Below are positions 7,295-14,451 of a DNA stretch of 32,000 nucleotides, piece after piece. Every line of letters starts with the position of its first letter. Position 1 is the stretch's first letter. The translations under genes and the position numbers were made by a program. The stretch is from NCBI RefSeq assembly GCF_000146505.1, contig NC_017448.1, positions 2,040,001-2,072,000 on the forward strand. Direction: 5' to 3'. The stretch comes from Fibrobacter succinogenes subsp. succinogenes S85. GTDB lineage: Bacteria; Fibrobacterota; Fibrobacteria; Fibrobacterales; Fibrobacteraceae. The notes under the pieces were generated by a model, which did no database searches, had not been told where the DNA came from, and saw only the letters and a list, made by a program, of their open reading frames with translations.

Positions 7295-9961
7295 CATACA
7301 ATCAGGTAACATTTTATCCCAAGGCATATTATGAGCCCTCAAAACATACGCATGATTAGATAGACTTGAATCAAATTTCTTGTCATACAATTCAGCTATT
7401 ATTTTCCCCACATTCTCATTCACCTTATAATCATTATAAGGAACTAGATGCATCGCATTCACCTTCAAAGAATAATTTGAATTTTCCGATTCTACCTTAC
7501 TTTTCCCATATGGAATGTTTTTATCATCCAATGCGAAAATACACCTAACCTCAACTTCAACATCTTTTCCAAGAATCTTCTTATTCGTAGCCAATATCTT
7601 ATCAATTGTCGTATTAAGTCTTACATATGATCTTTCAGTTTCTTTACAATTACGGAAATAATAATTCAACATTTTCTCTGTTGAAGAACCTGAAATAATA
7701 TTATCCGTCAAAAAAATTATTTTTGAAATGGTTTTAGGTTTTTGGCCTTCAATATTCAAATAATAACCATAAATAGCATCATTTTTAAGGTTTGCATTTA
7801 ACAACCCTGCATCAATGGCCCATTTTATAATACTTCGGTCTTCTGTGATGTTTTTTGTAATAATATTCGATAGAGTTCCCCCGTCTCCGTAGCTTTCTTT
7901 GCCAACAAATAAAACATCATTACTCTCCAATTCTTTGATTTTCTTGATAAAAGTAGAATCCCATTCATCACTATTCAAAACATAATTTGAATAATATTTA
8001 TTTAAAAGCAAGTCCTTAAATTTTTCGAACCAATTTTTTTCATCCCCCGGTTTAATAAATACCTGTATGTGCCAATATAATTTAAAAATAGCCAAAGCTT
8101 TACAATCTGTTCCGTTTGTAAATCCGTACAGTTTTCGTAATTTATCTGTAAATCCAGTGTGTTCAACAATTGTAGCAATCCTAAAAAAATTTGAATCTTT
8201 TAAGAAAATATCTTTTGTTAAAGAACTTTCTTCCCTTATATTATGCAATTTTTTTAAATATTTTTCCGTATCTATCCATTTACGAGGAATAAGAATATAA
8301 TGGCTATTTTTGTTTATCGCCCATATTTTTTCTTCCTCGTAATCATTTATATTATCATCTTCATTCTCGCACTTAATTACACTCGCGTCAATTCGATGAG
8401 AGTCGACATAAAATAAATTTTTTCCTTTATTTTTCTTTATTTCAACAGAAACAATATTTCCTTCATGTTCGGAGAAATATTCTTTCCTCAGCAAATTTTC
8501 AAAAAAAACTTTTATATCGCCATTACAAGGCACATAGATTTGATAAGGCATAATTAGCTTCGGAACCAAATCCATAGAAGTATTTTCGTCATAACGATCT
8601 GGATTTACATATTTTTTTATAAAATTAAAATAAAGGATAAGCGCATTTTCAATCTTTCCATGCTTTTCATTTTCTTCAATAAATCGTTTAAAAAGAGCAT
8701 TTTGATAAAACTCATCGTCAGTCAACGTTTTAATACATTCTAAATATTTCGTATTTTGAACGCAATCATCACCTGTTAAGTTTGCAAAAAATTCAGCTAA
8801 AAAATCTATTGTAAGAATATTTGTTTCTAATCTATTTTGTTTAAGAATTACACCTCTTATTCCATTCTGACTATTTCCTATGATTTTCCAAAAATGTCTT
8901 GGTGTGCAAGGAGAGGATTTATTTTCTGATTCAACAATTTGTTTGTCTTTGAATTGATTTGTTATTTGAAGATAACGGCCATCATTTCTATCTACAATAA
9001 AGGCCTTATCAAAAAAAACATTATAACAAGATTTACTACTCACGTCGAGTAAAACATCTACTTTTGCATTTGAATTACTTCCTAAAAGAATTTCTTTTAG
9101 GGAACAAAACCTCCAGTTTTCCTGAACAGCTAAAACTATATACCATGCAATTTCTTCATTTTTAGAGTTTTTTTCAGCTTGAACTGTTTCTCCGCCAAAA
9201 TAATCTTTTTTTGTACTTCTAATAATTAAATATGATTCGTCGTGAACCATCAAAACTTGGTTTGCTAAATTGTTTTTTCCTGCAAGTGCTCCTCCTATAA
9301 AAGATCCATTATTGCATAAAAGTTCAAGAATTTTAATATTGTATTTTTGGGCAATCTCATTCACTTTTTGGCGAATAGAAACCTTGTCATCAAAATCTAT
9401 TTGTGTATAGATTTGCAACGCGAAGAAAAGCTGAATTAGATTTTCTTTTGTTGGATCCTTTGCGTCTTCAATAACTCCATCTAACAGGTCATGAATCGGA
9501 TAAACGTATGCTCCTATGTCATCCTTAATCCGAAAAATCCACGAAAATTGTTCTGTAAACTCCCCAATATGGGTATAAAAAACATTAAACTTATCTTTTA
9601 AGGTATTAAATAGCAATCTGTTCTTATTTGCTAATTCGCTTAAAAATTGTACTAAAACAATTCCATGATGAGAATAAATGTTTTTTCGTTCTTTTGCTAG
9701 AGATAAATTATTTATGTAATCAATAAAATTTTTGAATAGATTTATAGGAAAGTCTTTAGAGTGTGCAGATTCCAATTTTATTACACACGAGAGCATCCAA
9801 AAAATTCTACATATTTCTTCAATGTTTTCTTCTTTTTCAGTATTCTCGAATTTTTCAGATAGAGTTAAATTCACCAATTCAATAAGAATTTTGATTTTAT
9901 TTAAATCTTTATTTTCTAAATCTAACGACAACTGTTCTAGACGACGCTTCAACATCTTCAT
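7244..9961 (-). CDS. Large (905 aa) uncharacterised partner of the AEP-RT, with a C-terminal PRTase-like nucleotide-binding loop
   Basis: A long uninterrupted ORF in roughly 25% GC DNA. Its ATG lies 7 nt after the RT stop, and the spacer reads AAGGGAA, which is SD-like. KIIFLTDNIISGSSTEKML near aa 740 resembles the PRPP-binding loop (hhhhDDhhsTGgT) of type I phosphoribosyltransferases. I recognise nothing in the remaining roughly 700 aa. Confidence 0.7.
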   Translation of the reverse strand: MKMLKRRLEQLSLDLENKDLNKIKILIELVNLTLSEKFENTEKEENIEEICRIFWMLSCVIKLESAHSKDFPINLFKNFIDYINNLSLAKERKNIYSHHGIVLVQFLSELANKNRLLFNTLKDKFNVFYTHIGEFTEQFSWIFRIKDDIGAYVYPIHDLLDGVIEDAKDPTKENLIQLFFALQIYTQIDFDDKVSIRQKVNEIAQKYNIKILELLCNNGSFIGGALAGKNNLANQVLMVHDESYLIIRSTKKDYFGGETVQAEKNSKNEEIAWYIVLAVQENWRFCSLKEILLGSNSNAKVDVLLDVSSKSCYNVFFDKAFIVDRNDGRYLQITNQFKDKQIVESENKSSPCTPRHFWKIIGNSQNGIRGVILKQNRLETNILTIDFLAEFFANLTGDDCVQNTKYLECIKTLTDDEFYQNALFKRFIEENEKHGKIENALILYFNFIKKYVNPDRYDENTSMDLVPKLIMPYQIYVPCNGDIKVFFENLLRKEYFSEHEGNIVSVEIKKNKGKNLFYVDSHRIDASVIKCENEDDNINDYEEEKIWAINKNSHYILIPRKWIDTEKYLKKLHNIREESSLTKDIFLKDSNFFRIATIVEHTGFTDKLRKLYGFTNGTDCKALAIFKLYWHIQVFIKPGDEKNWFEKFKDLLLNKYYSNYVLNSDEWDSTFIKKIKELESNDVLFVGKESYGDGGTLSNIITKNITEDRSIIKWAIDAGLLNANLKNDAIYGYYLNIEGQKPKTISKIIFLTDNIISGSSTEKMLNYYFRNCKETERSYVRLNTTIDKILATNKKILGKDVEVEVRCIFALDDKNIPYGKSKVESENSNYSLKVNAMHLVPYNDYKVNENVGKIIAELYDKKFDSSLSNHAYVLRAHNMPWDKMLPDCMLKIETMGGLLQRKNEL

Positions 9962-9968
9962 TTCCCTT

Positions 9969-12482
9969 TTATTTTTCTAGTGATTTTGACAAGAAAATCA
10001 ATATACTTTTTTCTATGAACTCAACTCCATCATCTTTTGAAAAATAATCAACTAAACATTTTAATTGATTCTCCTTATTTTCTAATAAGGTGTTATTTTG
10101 AACCGACGTAAATAAAATCTGAATAAAATTTTTAAAATTGATAGAATTAATTGGAATTTCTTTGTAATACTCTTTATTAATAAAAAGTTGAAATAAAAAA
10201 GGAGATGAAAATAGTAATTTGTAGAATTTTCTAAAGACGCTTCCTCTTCCCATATCAGAAGCTGCTATTTGTTCCAAATGCTTTTTTGCAAAATCAATCC
10301 TATTTGGAAGATCAATACAATTACTCAACAAGAAATTGGCATCGTTAATACTCCATTCTCCATTTCTTAAAACAAATCTATCCATTGCAAAACACGGATC
10401 TCCATCAAGTAAAACACTTTTTTCTTGCGTAACATCATACATCAATTGATTTAGACGACCAAATTCTTCTAATTCTTCTAATGACAAATTCGAAATTTTA
10501 CCATAAATCTTTGTTTTTTCCTTGTTAAAGAAAAGACTATTTTTTTCAAAAAAAGAAGCTAATTCCATCAAAATTTTTTCACCATCCAGCGTTGAGTCAT
10601 AGAAAATATACATATCATCCACATATCTAAATATTTTTACTTTGTTAGACAAAGTAATATTTTTTTCAATAAATTCATCAACTATAGAATCAAGAATAAA
10701 TTCTACAAGAACTCTAGCATAAGCTGGACCTTGTGGAACGCCTTTTTGAGAGCCTACAGCATTAATCATTAGTCGTTCGTTGAATGAAATAAGGTAATTG
10801 CAAATATTTGAAATTTCTTTTCCTATTTTTTCTTTTTTGTCAATACTTTTCAGCAAAGTGTTTTTTAGAGAGCTCAAAAAAATGCTATCATAACAATTTT
10901 TTAAATCAGCCTTAATAAAGCCGAAATCTTCAAATAGTTTTAGATTAAAAAACACAGATACATCTTGGATAAATTTACTCCATGAATTTATCCAAGGAGA
11001 AAAAACATCGCCGCCCTCTGATAAATTTAAATGGTAGCTATAAGACTTGTAATCTTTTTGTATGCGACTCACTAGTTCAAAAATAAGTGCAGTAGTAAGA
11101 ACTCTTTCTTTCACCCCAAGTGATATCATTATTCGTTCTTTTTTTTCTTCTTTTCGCAAAAAAGACATATAATCTATATCAAGAGGAGTTTCCGCTTCAC
11201 CAGCAATAATTTTTTTTAAAACGCTATTAGATTCAGAAATATCATAAAAAGAGAAAAAACGAAAATCTTGTTCTATTTTTAGAGAAAGAACTTCATCGTT
11301 GTAATGAAAATAGTTATTCTCTTTCTTTAAAATACTTTCAATTAAAAGAGAATCTTTACTTTTTTTTATTTCACAACTTTCAAAAGGAATGTCCATTTTC
11401 TCTAAAACAAACTCAGCAATAGAACGCTGATCCTTACAAGGAGAAACTCCATATATGCTATGTAGATATTGAATTGTCAGCGGAAAATAAACTCTTTTAT
11501 TTTTCCGAATTTCCTCATTTGTAATCTCGGCATTAAAATTCGACTGCATTTTAAATATTTGCCATAAAATTTTTTCACCTTCTCTAATATGGGCAAATGT
11601 ACCTAGCATTATTTTTCGATCACATATTGTCATTTTCCCATTAGAAATATTTCTCCATATAATTTTCAAAGCAGAATCAGATTCAAATGCTCGCTCTAAC
11701 TGTTCAAAGGAGTAATTCTCTTTGGGGGTGACAAATTGTCTTTTTACAAATTCTTCTATTTCAATTTGTTGTACATCTAGCTTAATTCTTTCTACAAGTT
11801 CTATAGGATTATTTACAGAAAATTTTTTCAAACATTCAAGTTGGCTTCTTAAAAACGACGTGTCAAATTTTTCAATTTTTTCGCAAGAGAAATTGTTTAT
11901 ATCGTTTACAAAATATGAATAAGTTCCTTTTTGATGTCGCGAAAGCGGAATTTTTACCATAGATCCATATTTGTTTTTTTTCTTTCCGCTCAATACTTTA
12001 GGAAATCTATCTAAACCATAGACCAAATCAGCCGCCAAACAAGATTTCATGCCATCCAACAATCGATCTTGTATTAAATAACCTAAGTTTTTAGGAATTG
12101 CACGATTAAATAGAATCCAAATATGAAAACCTCTTCTTCCGGAATATTCTATTATATATTTAATATTTAATGAATCTAACACCTTTGTAAAAGGAATTAC
12201 ATACTTTTCTTTTAATTCTTTTACATTCCCTCCGGCGTCCTTCTTGCAATCAAAGTCAAAACAGATCCATCTTAGCAAATCTAAATATGTCAGCTGTTGA
12301 TACGCTCCTAATGCGGCGCCTGATTTCAACATTTTTTTTATTAAAAATGGAGTTACCGTTGCTTTGGTTGCTATATAAATACCATCGTCTCTTTGCACTC
12401 CAACTACAGTGTCATTGGTGACAAATTTTTGAAAAAGTTCATTTGATACTTCATCCAATAACAAATCCATAGAATCTTTCAT
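9969..12482 (-). CDS. Fusion protein: N-terminal archaeo-eukaryotic primase (AEP/PrimPol) domain + reverse transcriptase (UG/Abi or DRT-like)
   Basis: 837 aa. AEP motifs in order: ICFDFD (DxD), YSGRRGFHIWILF (SGxGxH, compare eukaryotic PriS SGRRGVHCW), GLDRFP...GSMVKIPLSRHQKG. RT motifs: FIKADLKNCYDSI (A), KGVPQGPAYARVLVEFIL (B), FRYVDDMYIF (C, YxDD), FNKEKTKIY (D). The ATG lies 3 nt after the mod stop. Confidence 0.85.
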   Translation of the reverse strand: MKDSMDLLLDEVSNELFQKFVTNDTVVGVQRDDGIYIATKATVTPFLIKKMLKSGAALGAYQQLTYLDLLRWICFDFDCKKDAGGNVKELKEKYVIPFTKVLDSLNIKYIIEYSGRRGFHIWILFNRAIPKNLGYLIQDRLLDGMKSCLAADLVYGLDRFPKVLSGKKKNKYGSMVKIPLSRHQKGTYSYFVNDINNFSCEKIEKFDTSFLRSQLECLKKFSVNNPIELVERIKLDVQQIEIEEFVKRQFVTPKENYSFEQLERAFESDSALKIIWRNISNGKMTICDRKIMLGTFAHIREGEKILWQIFKMQSNFNAEITNEEIRKNKRVYFPLTIQYLHSIYGVSPCKDQRSIAEFVLEKMDIPFESCEIKKSKDSLLIESILKKENNYFHYNDEVLSLKIEQDFRFFSFYDISESNSVLKKIIAGEAETPLDIDYMSFLRKEEKKERIMISLGVKERVLTTALIFELVSRIQKDYKSYSYHLNLSEGGDVFSPWINSWSKFIQDVSVFFNLKLFEDFGFIKADLKNCYDSIFLSSLKNTLLKSIDKKEKIGKEISNICNYLISFNERLMINAVGSQKGVPQGPAYARVLVEFILDSIVDEFIEKNITLSNKVKIFRYVDDMYIFYDSTLDGEKILMELASFFEKNSLFFNKEKTKIYGKISNLSLEELEEFGRLNQLMYDVTQEKSVLLDGDPCFAMDRFVLRNGEWSINDANFLLSNCIDLPNRIDFAKKHLEQIAASDMGRGSVFRKFYKLLFSSPFLFQLFINKEYYKEIPINSINFKNFIQILFTSVQNNTLLENKENQLKCLVDYFSKDDGVEFIEKSILIFLSKSLEK

Positions 12483-12485
12483 ATC

Positions 12486-14405
12486 TTACACCACCTTCAC
12501 GGTTGTATTTGGGCTGAGGGTTTTGAAGATTTCGGTGACATTGATTTTGGCGGAGTCGCTTTTGAAGCTGGAGTCACGGAAGACGGCGCGGAGGGGCTTG
12601 GTTGCTGCGATTTGGCGGATGGCGGCTTCGGGGATGTCGCTTGCAAAGCAGGCGACTAGGTCGCCGTCATTGACGTTATAGACTTGGAGGTTTTCGATGG
12701 TTTCGGTTTTGATGGGGAGCGAGAGCGGGACGCCCCAATCGACGAGGCAGCCGAAGAGGAGGTCCATGTCGGTGCGGCCGTCCTTGATGTTGCTGATTTG
12801 CTCGACGAGGTCTTGCTGGGAGATTTCGCCGGCGGAGTAATAGACGTCCTTCATGTTGGAGTCATCGATTTTCAGGACGCGGAAACCGATGTCCAACGGT
12901 TTTGCAGTTGTGGGCTTGTCACTTGCGCTATCAAACAGGTCCGTTTTGTCGGCGGCAGATTTTTCTTTGGCTTGTTGTTCTGCAAGGATTTTATCGCCTG
13001 CGCGGCGGATGCGTTCCTTACCGATTTCGCAAATGGTCTTGTAGCCAGCCTTTGCGGCTTCAGAATTTTCATCGCATTTTTCTGGAAGTTGAACCATGAT
13101 GAATTTGCGATGGCCGCCGTCTTCAGCATTCAATTGCATAACGGCATGAGCAGTTGTTGCAGAGCCAGAGAAGAAGTCTAAAACAATTCCAGACGGGTCT
13201 CTTAATAGAGCCAACATATTTTGGACAAGTTCTATTGGTTTTGGAGTATCGAAAACCTGAATTCCATTAAATAGCTCTTTTATCATTGCCGCAGATTGAC
13301 GAGTTGTTCCATATTTTGGTCCATCCCATAAATTTTCAGGAGTTCGCCCCACTTGATCGTTCAAATAAATTTTTCGTATAATGCCACTAAAATCACTTTT
13401 AAACTTAATTTCACCCGTAGAAATTTTTTCTTTGATTGATTCTTCCGACCATCTCCAACCTTTTTCTGGAGCCTTTATCACATTTCCATTTGGAGCAACA
13501 ATATCATAGCACAACGTTTTTCTGTAATTTGGACTGCGGACATCCCCACTTCGCCACAAGCCCTTCGGATCGTTATCAGGATTACTGTAATTTACATTAT
13601 CTTCAGCAGTCCTTTCCATATAAAATCTTGGCAATTGGTTCATATCGTGAGCATACACGAACGTATGATTATACTGTCTTGAAAAATGAAGTTCATCATT
13701 TTTGCTTTGTTGTGTATGTTTCCATATGACATTTGCAACAAAATTACTTCCACCAAACACTTCGTCGCAAATCTTTTTCAGGTTCGCTTGTTCGTTATCG
13801 TCGATGCTGATAAATATCACGCCATCGTCGGTGAGCAGGTTGCGGGCGAGCAGCAGGCGGCTGTAAATCATGGAACACCAGTCGGAATGGAAACGGCCGT
13901 TGCTGTCGGAATTCTGCACCATGCGATTTCCTTCGTCGTCCACGGCGCCGCTTTCTTCGGCGTACTTGGCGCTATCCATGCGGAAGTCGTCTTTGTAGAT
14001 AAAGTCGTTTCCGGTGTTGTAGGGCGGGTCGATGTATATCATCTTGACCTTGCCCAGGTAGCCCTCTTGCAGGAGTTTCAGGGCTTCGAGGTTGTCGCCT
14101 TCGATGTAGAGGTTCTCGGTGGTGTCGAAGTTCTTGGATTCTTCCACGCAGGGGCGCAGCGTCTTGCGGATGGGTTTCGCGGCTTCTACCATGGCGTCGC
14201 GCTTGCCGACCCAGGTGAATTCGTAGGACTCGTCGCCTTCCGCGACGCTCTCGCCGAGCATCTGCTTGAGCGCATCGAAATTCACCGCCTTCTTCAGCTT
14301 GCCATCCTTGGCCTTGCTTTCGGTCACGCAATTCGGGAACAGCGCAGCAATCTTCTCGACGTTCATCTGCACCATATCGGGAGTTTCAAACTTCATCTTT
14401 TCCAT
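12486..14405 (-). CDS. mod: Type III R-M Mod subunit, beta-class N6-adenine DNA methyltransferase
   Basis: 639 aa. Motif IV MIYIDPPYNTGNDFIYKDDF is N-terminal and motif I VLDFFSGSATTAHAV is C-terminal, with a central variable region between them. That is the Type III Mod architecture. The flanks are GC-rich and the centre is AT-rich. Confidence 0.9.
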   Translation of the reverse strand: MEKMKFETPDMVQMNVEKIAALFPNCVTESKAKDGKLKKAVNFDALKQMLGESVAEGDESYEFTWVGKRDAMVEAAKPIRKTLRPCVEESKNFDTTENLYIEGDNLEALKLLQEGYLGKVKMIYIDPPYNTGNDFIYKDDFRMDSAKYAEESGAVDDEGNRMVQNSDSNGRFHSDWCSMIYSRLLLARNLLTDDGVIFISIDDNEQANLKKICDEVFGGSNFVANVIWKHTQQSKNDELHFSRQYNHTFVYAHDMNQLPRFYMERTAEDNVNYSNPDNDPKGLWRSGDVRSPNYRKTLCYDIVAPNGNVIKAPEKGWRWSEESIKEKISTGEIKFKSDFSGIIRKIYLNDQVGRTPENLWDGPKYGTTRQSAAMIKELFNGIQVFDTPKPIELVQNMLALLRDPSGIVLDFFSGSATTAHAVMQLNAEDGGHRKFIMVQLPEKCDENSEAAKAGYKTICEIGKERIRRAGDKILAEQQAKEKSAADKTDLFDSASDKPTTAKPLDIGFRVLKIDDSNMKDVYYSAGEISQQDLVEQISNIKDGRTDMDLLFGCLVDWGVPLSLPIKTETIENLQVYNVNDGDLVACFASDIPEAAIRQIAATKPLRAVFRDSSFKSDSAKINVTEIFKTLSPNTTVKVV

Positions 14406-14419
14406 GGGATACCTTTTGT
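14320..14419. repeat. Direct repeat copy A: functional mod 5' end plus about 14 nt of leader
   Basis: Aligns with 17211-17309 at an offset of 2891 nt. There are 3 substitutions (14346 a/g, 14361 g/a, 14371 a/g) and one T indel at the distal end. Confidence 0.9.
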
Positions 14420-14451
14420 ACGAAATATAGGATCATTTCTTCATTTTGTGC

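Noticed and set aside
9665-9690. A HEPN-like R-x5-H (ERKNIYSHH) near the N-terminus of the 905-aa protein (coordinates approximate).
   Set aside because: A single short pattern in a Lys/Asn-rich low-complexity protein is expected by chance, and there is no supporting helical HEPN context I can judge by eye.
9969-12482. A retron or group II intron interpretation of the RT.
   Set aside because: There is no intergenic space for msr/msd (3-nt and 7-nt spacers) and no intron RNA domains or maturase/En domain. The N-terminal AEP domain is not part of either class.
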